This document shows positions 1 to 9,300 of a stretch of DNA of 64,000 bases, piece by piece (within the stretch, counting starts at the first letter, position 1; every line of letters starts with the position of its first letter). Source of the DNA: Bacteroidales bacterium (GTDB taxonomy: Bacteria; Bacteroidota; Bacteroidia; Bacteroidales; UBA10428). The stretch covers positions 50,946-114,945 of the forward strand of contig JAFGBD010000011.1 of the NCBI GenBank assembly GCA_016933335.1, read 5' to 3'. The position numbers were made by a program, and so were the translations under genes. The notes beneath the pieces were generated by a model. The model had not been told where the DNA came from. It saw only the letters and a program-made list of their open reading frames with translations, and did not search any database.

Positions 1-1322
1 ATAGGGGCTTCGTCTGTACCTCCGCCAATCAGTTCCACTCCAGCCTTTGCCAGAGTATCACGCAGTACTTTCTCTGAAAACTGCTGCTTTGCCCTGGAAC
101 GGGACATTTGCCTGCCAGCACCATGTGATGCCGAATGAATTGACATCTGATTTCCTTTTCCTTTTACAATGAAAGCAGGCAATGTCATCGATCCCGGTAT
201 GACACCATATATATTTATGTGGGCAGGCGTGGCTCCTTTCCGGTGCACAATGACCTCATTGCCGTCATCAAGTTTCTCTTTCCATGCAAAATTATGATGG
301 TTTTCAACCTTTAAAACCGGGGTTTCACCCAGTGCCTCCGAAATTTTCCTGTGGATGATCTGATGGTTGGCTCTGGCATAATCACCGGCAAGACTCATTG
401 CATTCCAGTATTCATATCCTTCTTCGGTATCCAGGTCCAACCATGCAAGATTAACCGCACCTTTGGGCAATTTACACATCGATTTGGCCACCCTGGTATA
501 ATGTTGCGCAATGTTTGCACCGAAGTTACGTGATCCTGAATGGGATAATACAGCCATGTATTTCCCTCCATCTATTTTAAAATCATTGTCTTCCGGCAGT
601 TCAACGATCCCGAATTCAACAAAATGATTTCCGCTGCCCGATGTGCCTAACTGCTCATAAGCTTTATCCTTCAGGCTTTTCAAATATTTGAACCGGGAAA
701 ACTCCTGCCGCTCCATGATTTCATGTTCTTTTTTTTCATGGAAATATTCTTTCTTCCCGAATCTGGTATTATTAAGAAGGATCTCTTTTAAATACCCTTT
801 TTTTTCATTGATAACCGACGGATTGATACTGTAAACCGAAAGGCACATCCGGCAGCCGATATCCATACCAACACCAAAAGGAATAACTGCGTTGCTTGTG
901 GCAAGAACGCCACCTATCGGCAGTCCGTACCCGCTGTGGGCATCCGCCATTAATGCACCTTTGACTGTAATGGGTAACCGCATGGCAGATTCCATCTGGT
1001 CAAGCGCTTCCTGCTCTATGTTCTCACGGCCATAGATAACATAATCCCTTACCCGTTTTTCAAGATGTATGGTTGGAGTTTCAACACTGCCCTGTCTTTT
1101 CTCTTTTCCCGATTCTTTTAAATGCTCAGTAATGACTCTTAAACGGGGATCGTTTTTATACCTGGACGGATTCTTCAGCAGATCCTCAAGCAGGTGTAAA
1201 ACCTCAGCCTTGTCTGTTCGTTTAAAGTTTTTCCTGACAGTATTGATGATCAGGCTGATGAGCTCCCCATCCGGAAATCCGATTTTCAAAAGTTCCTTGC
1301 CCCTGAGCTTCAGTTTCTTCAT
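1..1322 (-). CDS. rtcB: RNA ligase RtcB, C-terminus cut by window edge
   Basis: Not in ORF track because it is open at the window edge. Reverse translation from ATG at 1320-1322 gives MKKLKLRGKELLKIGF... RtcB signature motifs present: ADAHSGYGLPIGG, GVGMDIGCRM, HSGSRNFG, HSASHGAGR. Frame stays open to base 1. Confidence 0.85.
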   Translation of the reverse strand, partial: MKKLKLRGKELLKIGFPDGELISLIINTVRKNFKRTDKAEVLHLLEDLLKNPSRYKNDPRLRVITEHLKESGKEKRQGSVETPTIHLEKRVRDYVIYGRENIEQEALDQMESAMRLPITVKGALMADAHSGYGLPIGGVLATSNAVIPFGVGMDIGCRMCLSVYSINPSVINEKKGYLKEILLNNTRFGKKEYFHEKKEHEIMERQEFSRFKYLKSLKDKAYEQLGTSGSGNHFVEFGIVELPEDNDFKIDGGKYMAVLSHSGSRNFGANIAQHYTRVAKSMCKLPKGAVNLAWLDLDTEEGYEYWNAMSLAGDYARANHQIIHRKISEALGETPVLKVENHHNFAWKEKLDDGNEVIVHRKGATPAHINIYGVIPGSMTLPAFIVKGKGNQMSIHSASHGAGRQMSRSRAKQQFSEKVLRDTLAKAGVELIGGGTDEAP

Positions 1323-1384
1323 TGATACAGTTTACCGGTACAAAGATAGGCAGGAATAATAAAGAACAGAATGCAGTAATCAGG

Positions 1385-2659
1385 TTAACTGATCACATCA
1401 AATCCTGTATATGCTCTTAAGACCAGGGGTACCATAATACCTTTTTCTGTCTGGTTGTTTTCCAGTAAGGCCGCAACAATTCTTGGCAGTGCGAGTGCAC
1501 TTCCGTTCAGGGTATGTGCCAGCTGTGTCTTTTTTGTAACATCATCGCGAAAACGCAATTTCAGTCTGTTGGCCTGAAACGATTCAAAATTGGTAACAGA
1601 GCTGACCTCAAGCCATTTGTTTTGTGCTGCTGCAAAAACCTCAAAATCATAGGTCAGTGCAGAAGTAAAGCTCATATCTCCTCCGCAGAGCTTAACAATA
1701 CGATATGGCAATTCAAGTTTTATGATCAGCTGTTCAACGTGATTTACCATTTCTTCCAGGGCTTCATAAGACTTTTCAGGATGCTGTATCTGGACAATTT
1801 CAACCTTATCAAACTGGTGTACCCTGTTGAGTCCTCTTACATCCTTACCGTATGAGCCTGCTTCTCTTCTGAAACAGGGAGTATAGGCAGTATTCCTTAT
1901 CGGAAAATCATTTGCATCCAGAATAACATCCCTGTATATATTCGTAACCGGTACCTCTGCAGTGGGAATGAGATAATAATTATCCATTGTGATATGATAC
2001 ATCTGACCTTCCTTATCGGGAAGCTGTCCGGTACCAAAACCGGAATCTTCATTGACCATCAAAGGAGGCGAAAACTCAGTATAGCCGGCTTTCTCGTTTT
2101 CATCAAGGAAGAAACCGATCAAAGCCCTTTGTAATTTAGCTCCTTTTCCTTTAAAGAGCGGAAATCCTGCACCTGTAAGTTTTGTTCCCAGATCAAAGTC
2201 AAGGATTTCATATTTTTTGCCCAGTTCCCAGTGCGGCATTGCATCTTCCGGAAGCCTGGGTTTTTCTCCTCCGCTTTTAACAACCACATTGTCAGCAGAT
2301 CCCTTGCCCGGCGGTACCGAATGATGCGGCAGGTTCGGAACCTGTATTAACAGGTCCCGGAGTTCATTACCTGTCTGATCAAATTCCTCACCCAGCAGTT
2401 TTATTTCTTCCTTTAACCCGATTGTTTTTTGCTTTATCACCTGTGCCTCATCTTTTTTGCCGGTTTTAAACAACTCCCCGATTTTTTTTGAAAGATCATT
2501 TAGTTCAGATTGTTTTGAATCCAGCTCAAATTGCAGGTTCCTTCTTTTTTTGTCAGTATCAAGAATGCTGGTAATGATTTCCTGCCCGTTGAAATTTTTT
2601 TTCTTCAGCTTTTCAAGTACCTCCGGAGTATTTTCCCGAATCTGGTTTAATGTTAACAT
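1385..2659 (-). CDS. serS: seryl-tRNA synthetase
   Basis: 424 aa. N-terminal coiled-coil arm (MLTLNQIRENTPEVLEKLKKK...) followed by a class II aaRS core (FRREAGSYGKDVRGLNRVHQFDKVE, TLNGSALALPR). Confidence 0.95.
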   Translation of the reverse strand: MLTLNQIRENTPEVLEKLKKKNFNGQEIITSILDTDKKRRNLQFELDSKQSELNDLSKKIGELFKTGKKDEAQVIKQKTIGLKEEIKLLGEEFDQTGNELRDLLIQVPNLPHHSVPPGKGSADNVVVKSGGEKPRLPEDAMPHWELGKKYEILDFDLGTKLTGAGFPLFKGKGAKLQRALIGFFLDENEKAGYTEFSPPLMVNEDSGFGTGQLPDKEGQMYHITMDNYYLIPTAEVPVTNIYRDVILDANDFPIRNTAYTPCFRREAGSYGKDVRGLNRVHQFDKVEIVQIQHPEKSYEALEEMVNHVEQLIIKLELPYRIVKLCGGDMSFTSALTYDFEVFAAAQNKWLEVSSVTNFESFQANRLKLRFRDDVTKKTQLAHTLNGSALALPRIVAALLENNQTEKGIMVPLVLRAYTGFDVIS

Positions 2660-2679
2660 GATAACGAACTTAACCTGTT

Positions 2680-2725
2680 AAAAAAAATCTCCTGATCTTT
2701 GATAAAAAGAAATCAGGAGATTTTT
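2680..2725 (-). terminator. rho-independent terminator after rpmA
   Basis: 12-14 bp perfect stem (aaatctcctgat 2685-2696 / atcaggagattt 2712-2723) with a 15-nt loop. A-run 2680-2687 gives a U-tract on the minus strand; T-run 2721-2725 on the plus strand. Confidence 0.6.
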
Positions 2726-2745
2726 CATATATCAAGAATATTAGA

Positions 2746-3006
2746 TTATTCAGCAGCAGGTAGAACAGATACGTAGGATTTGTTGTTTTTCTTCTTCTTA
2801 AACTCAATGGTACCGTCAACCAGGGCAAATAATGTATGGTCTTTGCCCATGCCTACATTCAATCCGGGGAAATGCTTTGTTCCTCTCTGGCGTACAATGA
2901 TGTTGCCCGCCTTTGCAGTCTGACCGCCAAAAAGCTTCACTCCAAGACGTTTACTCTCAGACTCTCTGCCATTTCTTGAACTTCCGGCTCCTTTTTTATG
3001 TGCCAT
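2746..3006 (-). CDS. rpmA: 50S ribosomal protein L27
   Basis: 86 aa starting [29 protein letters not shown], the canonical L27 N-terminus. Lies directly downstream of rplU. Confidence 0.95.
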   Translation of the reverse strand: MAHKKGAGSSRNGRESESKRLGVKLFGGQTAKAGNIIVRQRGTKHFPGLNVGMGKDHTLFALVDGTIEFKKKKNNKSYVSVLPAAE

Positions 3007-3047
3007 TTTTAAATGCTTTTATTGTTTGACTAATATAAGGCAATATC

Positions 3048-3818
3048 TTATTTTTTATCCTCAGGCTTTTTATGAACTGCTTTTGTTTTCGGCGTGGTTT
3101 TCTCTGCCTTTACAGCATCATCTTTTGTTTTTGTACCTGTTTTGGCGGGCTTTTTTACTGCTTTATCAGCCTTTGGTTCGGTCTTCTTTGCTTCAGCTTT
3201 TGGTTCGGCTTTCTTCGGTTCAGCCTTCTTTGCTTCAGCCTTTGGTTCGGCTTTCTTCGGTTCAGCCTTCTTTGCTTCAGCCTTTGGTTCGGCTTTCTTC
3301 GGTTCAGCTTTCTTTGCTTCAGCCTTTGGTTCGGCTTTCTTCGGTTCAGCCTTTACAGCTTTTTCCACTGCAGGTTTTTCTTCTGTCTGCGCTTCTGCTT
3401 TGGCAGCAACCTTCTCAGCTTTTGTTGTTACTTCTGATGCAGGCCTGGATTTTTCCGGTTCTTTCTTTTCCTGCCTGGCTGCACGTGATATTTTTTTTGC
3501 AGCACCACTTTCCAGTATTTCCTCAATGATGATTTCAGTCAGATACTGCCTGTGACCGTTTAATTTCCGGTAACCCTTTCTTCTTTTCTTCTTAAATACC
3601 AGAACTTTTTCACCCTTCAGGTGAGAGACAATTCTGGCAGTTACCAGTGCATCATCAATATAAGGATTGCCAAGATTAACCTTACCTTCGTTATCAATCA
3701 GGATAACCTTGTCAAATTCCATGACAGAACCTGGTTCACCAGCAATACGGTGAACAAATAACTTCTTATTCTTTTCAACCTTAAATTGTTGCCCTGCTAT
3801 CGATACTATGGCGTACAT
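3048..3818 (-). CDS. rplU: 50S ribosomal protein L21 with a 153-aa Lys/Ala/Glu/Pro-rich C-terminal extension
   Basis: Residues 1-103 ([14 protein letters not shown]...[27 protein letters not shown]) align end-to-end with ~103-aa bacterial L21. Residues 104-256 are low-complexity K/A/E/P sequence. Confidence 0.9.
   Translation of the reverse strand: MYAIVSIAGQQFKVEKNKKLFVHRIAGEPGSVMEFDKVILIDNEGKVNLGNPYIDDALVTARIVSHLKGEKVLVFKKKRRKGYRKLNGHRQYLTEIIIEEILESGAAKKISRAARQEKKEPEKSRPASEVTTKAEKVAAKAEAQTEEKPAVEKAVKAEPKKAEPKAEAKKAEPKKAEPKAEAKKAEPKKAEPKAEAKKAEPKKAEPKAEAKKTEPKADKAVKKPAKTGTKTKDDAVKAEKTTPKTKAVHKKPEDKK
3183..3350. repeat. 4 x 42-bp in-frame tandem repeat inside the rplU tail
   Basis: Unit cttctttgcttcagcctttggttcggctttcttcggttcagc at 3183, 3225, 3267 and 3309. 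Units differ by 0-1 nt. Each encodes [14 protein letters not shown] on the minus strand. Confidence 0.9.
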
Positions 3819-3855
3819 TCAAATATTTTTACAAGTTGTGATAAAATTGGGACTG

Positions 3856-3886
3856 CAAAAATATAAAAGTTTGATTGAACTGCAAA
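3856..3886 (-). promoter_or_regulatory. Bacteroidota-type promoter for rplU-rpmA (-33 TTTG / -7 TAnnTTTG)
   Basis: Minus strand reads TTTG (3883-3886), a 19-nt spacer, then TATTTTTG (3856-3863). The -7 box ends 37 nt upstream of the rplU ATG. Confidence 0.45.
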
Positions 3887-4152
3887 CAATTAAGAACAAT
3901 TATTTGATTGAGAGAATCCTTTATGTCTTATTTCTGTCATTTATAAGATGACATGTTTCAATGCCTCTGTTCTTTCTGTTTTTAACCGGTATGTTAAAAA
4001 TGAGTGATCATGCCTGAACCGGAATATGACCATCATGATGTTGAAGGATTATCCCGGCTTAATGAGATCGGCAACCACCAATCTCATAATTAAATTTTGA
4101 TTTCATTATTTTTACATTTATCTTAGTTCGTTTAAGCAGAATTTCAAAAAGA

Positions 4153-4767
4153 ATGAGCAAAATCAGACTGAATGTTCTGGGTATCTCTTACAGCCAAACT
4201 CAAACCGGGGCTTATGCACTTGTACTGGCAGAGGAAGCAGGCAAGCGCCGGATACCTATTATTGTCGGTGGTTTTGAAGCACAGGCCATTGCCATTCAGC
4301 TTGAAGGGCTCAAACCACCACGGCCTCTGACACATGATTTATTTCTGAACTTCTCAAAAACATTTAAAATAGAACTGATAGAAGTAACCATTTACAAACT
4401 TGAAGAAGGTGTCTTCTTTTCCAAACTTACCTGCGACGATGGAAAGAACATCACTGAAATAGATGCCAGAACCTCGGATGCCATTGCCCTGGCACTGAGG
4501 TTTAAATGCCCGATTTTTACAACGGAAGAAATCATGCAACGTGCCGGTATCATTCTTGATTTCGATAAAGAAGGCGCTTCAAAACCTTCAAAGTCTGATG
4601 ACTCCAAAGAACATGATATCAAAGTTGAAAAATCCCCCCAAAGTGAAGAACTGAAAAATATCAGGATGCAGGACCTGAAATCAATGCTGGAGGAAGCCAT
4701 TCGTAATGAGAACTATGAAAGAGCTTCATTGATCAGAGACGAGATTAATCGCCGGAAAAAGAAATAG
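4153..4767 (+). CDS. bifunctional nuclease (BFN/DUF151) family protein with C-terminal UVR domain
   Basis: 204 aa. Family motifs RRIPIIVGGFEAQAIAIQLEG, PRPLTHDLF and IDARTSDAIALALRFKCPIF. C-terminal UVR-like LEEAIRNENYERASLIRDEINRRK. Confidence 0.85.
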   Translation: MSKIRLNVLGISYSQTQTGAYALVLAEEAGKRRIPIIVGGFEAQAIAIQLEGLKPPRPLTHDLFLNFSKTFKIELIEVTIYKLEEGVFFSKLTCDDGKNITEIDARTSDAIALALRFKCPIFTTEEIMQRAGIILDFDKEGASKPSKSDDSKEHDIKVEKSPQSEELKNIRMQDLKSMLEEAIRNENYERASLIRDEINRRKKK

Positions 4768-4775
4768 AGATCCTT

Positions 4776-6251
4776 ATGAGTTTTCTGCTGCGTATTGTTC
4801 TTCTGGCAGGTGTGTTCATCACATGTACTGTATTTACCGGAAGAAATGATCTGAAAGCTGCAGGCAGTCATCCCTGTCATTATCAACCGGATTCCGGCTA
4901 CCGGATCGAACAATATTCACAAACAGCTGAAAACACTGGTATCCGGCAAATAAGAATCACGATCCGTTTTATTTCGTTAATAAGAGGAGTAACCGGCATC
5001 CTCTTTCTGCTCGGGATTACTTATCTGCTTAGCAGTGACAGGTCATCCATCAGGTGGAAACTTATCCTTTCAGGGCTCGTGGTCCAGATAGTAATTGCAC
5101 TTGCCATATTGTATATCCCCGCTGCTGGTTCAATTCTCAGCTTTATTGGCAGACTTTTCATCAAAGTACTTGATTCGGCACAGGCCGGCTCTGTTTTTCT
5201 TTTCGGTGATCTGGCCAGATCAGATAAACTGGGGGTTATTTTTGCTTTTCAGATTCTTCCGACAATTATTTTCTTCTCCGCACTAATGAGTGTGATGTTT
5301 TACCTGGGCATTATCCAGTTCGTCGTTAAAATCCTTGCATGGCTGCTGACCAGGATCTTCGCCCTTTCAGGATCAGAAAGTCTTGTAATTGGAGGTAATA
5401 TTTTTCTCGGACAGATTGAAGCCCCTCTGATGGCCAAGGCTTATATCCCGAAAATGTCTGATTCAGAAATTTTTATGATCATGGTAAGCGGTTTGGCAAC
5501 GATTGCCGGAGGGGTAATGGCTGCTTATATCGGTATGCTTGGAGGCGATGATTATGAACAGAGGGTTTTTTTTGCCAGGCATTTACTGACAGCATCAGTG
5601 ATGGCAGCCCCCGGAGCTGTGGTTATTTCAAAAATGCTGGTTCCGCAGGTTAAAGATATTTCAAGGCAAATAGAGATTTCCCGCTCTTTTACAGGCCATA
5701 ACCTGCTGGATGCATTGACAAAAGGGACCTATGAAGGATTGAAGATCGCTGTTTTTGTCGGTGCCATACTTATCGTTTTTATTTCAATGATTGATCTGTT
5801 AAACTCGCTGATGTTTAAGACCGGTGAGGTGATTCATATCAATCAGAAAATCGTTGCATTTTCCGGCAATCAATTCAACGGATTGTCACTTGAGTTTATA
5901 TTGGGGTATTTGTTTGCTCCTGTTACCTGGATAATAGGGGTTTCTGGAAATGACATTGCGGTGGTGGGCAGGTTACTCGGAGAAAAGATAATATTTACAG
6001 AATTCATAGGTTATGCTCATTTTTCGCAGTTAAAGGACCTTGGTATAATCATATCACAAAAATCATCAATCATGTGCACTTACATGCTTTGCGGATTTGC
6101 TAATTTTGCCTCGGTTGGTATCCTGATTGCCGGAATTGGTTCAATGGCCCCAAACAAAAGGGAGCTGATAACAAAATATGGCATAAAAGCTCTGGCAGCA
6201 GGTACGCTGGTTTCGTTATTATCTGCAACGATTATAGGTATGATCATATGA
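4776..6251 (+). CDS. concentrative nucleoside transporter (NupC/CNT family)
   Basis: 491 aa polytopic membrane protein with CNT-like segments FAFQILPTIIFFSALMSVMFYLGIIQ and GSESLVIGGNIFLGQIEAPL. The first ~70 aa look atypical, so the true start may lie downstream at a non-ATG codon. Confidence 0.8.
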   Translation: MSFLLRIVLLAGVFITCTVFTGRNDLKAAGSHPCHYQPDSGYRIEQYSQTAENTGIRQIRITIRFISLIRGVTGILFLLGITYLLSSDRSSIRWKLILSGLVVQIVIALAILYIPAAGSILSFIGRLFIKVLDSAQAGSVFLFGDLARSDKLGVIFAFQILPTIIFFSALMSVMFYLGIIQFVVKILAWLLTRIFALSGSESLVIGGNIFLGQIEAPLMAKAYIPKMSDSEIFMIMVSGLATIAGGVMAAYIGMLGGDDYEQRVFFARHLLTASVMAAPGAVVISKMLVPQVKDISRQIEISRSFTGHNLLDALTKGTYEGLKIAVFVGAILIVFISMIDLLNSLMFKTGEVIHINQKIVAFSGNQFNGLSLEFILGYLFAPVTWIIGVSGNDIAVVGRLLGEKIIFTEFIGYAHFSQLKDLGIIISQKSSIMCTYMLCGFANFASVGILIAGIGSMAPNKRELITKYGIKALAAGTLVSLLSATIIGMII

Positions 6252-6336
6252 GCATGATGTGCAAATTCACTAACTTTACAAAAATAAATTCAGCCAGGCA
6301 GTTAATATCTGCGTGAATTGTGAAAGGTCTAATTAT

Positions 6337-9300
6337 ATGGCAGAAGTCTCTTTTAATATGAAACGGAATGTCTCTGTAAAAGAACTTGAAAGACAATTGG
6401 TATTATTGCTGATTGATCTGGAAAAATACAAGGCCATATTTGACGATGCTCCCATAGGAATATTCAGAGCAACCACAGGGGGCCGTTATGTTGAAGCCAA
6501 CAACACGCTTGCCAGATTACTGGGATATGAAAACTCAACTGATCTGGTCCAGACCATCAAAGATATCGGCAAACAGGTCTACAGTCAGTCAAAGGAACGC
6601 AGGATGCTCCTCAGGCAATTATTCAAGGAGTCCAGCATTATCAAACACGAAACACTCTTTAAAAGAAAAGACGGGGTTGATTTCCCGGTATCTCTGATCC
6701 TAAAGCTTATAAAAAACGACGAGAACAAACCATTGTACATTTCAGGGATTGTCGAAGATATCACCTTGAGAAAAAAAACACAGGAAAATCTGGTTGCTGA
6801 ACACAACCATTTAAGGAAGCTTATTGACAATATTCCGGATTACATTTACCTGAAAGATGCTGAAGGAAATTATATCATAACTAATTCGGCCTTCGCAAAG
6901 CTTGTTAATGTTCCGACACCCGATGAACTGTCAGGAATGAAAAACATCAGTGTGAACAATAACGAATTTGCCGGCAATTTCCTGAAAGATGACGAGAAGA
7001 TCATGAAGAAAGGTAAACCTGTTATTAACAGAGAAGATTCGGGTTTTAACAACATAACCGGGAAGTATACTTATGCTTACATCTCCAAGATTCCAATAAT
7101 AAATGAATCAGGAAAATTAACAGGTTTGATAGCCATTGGCAGGGATGTTACGGATCTGAAGCAGGCAGAACAACAAATCACTGACAGTCAGGCAAATTTA
7201 CAAACGGTGCTGGAAAGTACCGGCAATGCCATCTGGTCGCTGGATAAGGGTTACAGAATAACAACTGCAAATACACACTTTCAGGAGTTTTTTAAATTTT
7301 ATTACAAAAAAGAGATTAAAACAGGTGATCCTTTTCTGTCATTATTGCCTGATACCCAAAAATCAAAGTGGAAGAAAATAATTAATAAAGCTTTCAAAGG
7401 AGAAAAATGGACGCAGGATGAATACTTCAGCTCAGATGAACTGATTACATATTATGAATTATCTGTAAGTCCGGTTATTAATCTTAACAACAAAATCAGC
7501 GGGGTTACCTTTTGTCTGAATAATATCAATGAAAGAAAAATTGCCGAGGAGGAAATCAAAGAGAGTGAGGAGAGATTCAGGCAGCTGGCTGAGAATACGA
7601 ACGATGCCTTTATTCTGACTAACAGGAACAATATTATATGGGCCAATCCCGGGTTTGAAAAGATCTATAAAAGAACCGTGGGTGAGTTGCTTAAAGATGG
7701 ATCGGTTCTTGAACAAAGCGTCCACCCTGAAGATAAAAAAAGATTTCTGAAATTTAAAGACAAGGCGTTTACCGGCAGAAACTCCTGCAGCGGACTTCAA
7801 TACCGCATCATGCATCCTGATGGCAGTATACGCTGGTTGTGGTCCAGAAGTTTTCCGGTTCACAATGCATCAGGAAAAATATACCGTTTTGTGGTCGTGA
7901 TCAGTGACATAACCGAACATTACGAGCTTCAGTCTGCCATCTCACAAGTCAAAACCCAGCAAAAGGCAATACTTGACAATATACCCTACCTGGCATGGTT
8001 AAAAGACAGTAAAGGGAGGTACATTTCGGTTAACGAACCATTCGCCTGTAAATTTGGGCTTAAAGCAGAAAATATTATCGGAAAGACAGACTTTGAGATC
8101 ACAACCAGGTCAATCGCACAAAGAATACAAAAAAGCGATGCCGATGTGATGAAAAAGGGTAAGAAACAATTAATTGAAGAGATAGAAAATACGCCTGAAG
8201 GCCGAAGATGGGTTGAGACATTTAAAACACCCATATTCAATGATAAAAAGAAGCTGATTGGTATAACCGGCATATCAAGAGATATTACCGAAAGAAAAAA
8301 GATGGATGAAAAGTCAAGAGAAAGAGAAAAGCACTTCGATGCATTATTACAAAATTCATCTGACTCAATAACAATCCTTGACAATAAAGGGATCATTATC
8401 TTTGAGAATTCTCCCAGAAACAAAATTTCAGATTTCGATATTGATGAATTATTGGGAAAATCAATATTTGATATCATACATCCTGATGAGACCAATACTT
8501 TTAAAGCGCTTTTTAAAGAGATCATTTCAAAAAAGGATCAACAAATTAAAAAGGAGTACCGCAGTCTTCATAAGAATAAAAAATGGATCTGGGTAGAAAG
8601 TATTTTTTCAAACCAGCTGGATAATCCCACCATTAACGGTATTGTTGTCAATTCACGCGATATCTCCGAAAGAAAGATGGGCGAACTCAAGGAAAGGGTT
8701 TACCACGATAACCTTGTTTTCTTAAGTAACTCCGCGCTTGATCTTATCGGCTTGTCTTCAAAAGAAGATATCTATCGGTACATTGCCGATAAATTATATT
8801 CATTTCTTGAAAATGCGCTTGTAGTTGTTTCATCTTATAACGAAGAACGAAATCATTTTCAGATTGAGTGCACATCGGGTCCTGAAGAAGTGCTTAAAGC
8901 AATACCGGGATTGCTGAAAAAAGATCTGACCGGTCTGTCTTATCCAAGTAACCGTAAATTGTCAGATCTCAGCAATGCCGGTGCTGTTAAAAATCTTAAA
9001 GACAATCTTGAGCTTTTTCAGTTCAAACAAATAAAATTTGAGGATTTTGTCAATGCCATTGAATACCTGAATATCCATAAAGTCTATAATATCTCACTTG
9101 CCCGCCACAATAAGCTTTTAGGCAATATAACCATTCTCACCCTTTATAAGTCCATCATCAAATTCAAGCATATCATTGAGACTTTCATTCATCAGGTATC
9201 TGTCGCCCTTCACAGAAGCCAGCTTGAATACGAGCTGCTGATGGCCAAAGAAAAAGCCGAGGAATCGGATAAACTTAAAACTGCTTTCCTGGCCAATATG

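Noticed and set aside
1-1322. RtcB appears to have ~40-60 extra N-terminal residues and no rtcA/rtcR neighbour
   Set aside because: RtcB length varies between lineages and the upstream neighbourhood is outside the window. I cannot establish that this is unusual without alignments.
3183-3350. Regular 42-bp repeats that could superficially suggest a CRISPR-like array
   Set aside because: The units are directly adjacent with no spacers, lie in frame inside rplU, and encode a peptide repeat. There are no cas genes in the window.
3026-3555. Three long plus-strand ORFs (167, 121 and 153 aa) rich in L/F/S repeats, opposite rplU
   Set aside because: They are mirror-frame artefacts of the K/A/E/P-coding tandem repeats in the rplU tail. 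They have low-complexity products, no start context, and fully overlap a ribosomal-protein gene.
3960-4130. 27-codon ORF (MPEPEYDHHDVEGLSRLNEIGNHQSHN) and a 7-bp hairpin (atgagat/atctcat) in the rplU-BFN intergenic region: possible sRNA or leader peptide
   Set aside because: The stem is short and bulged, and there is no promoter box or conservation evidence available. This is indistinguishable from chance in AT-rich spacer.
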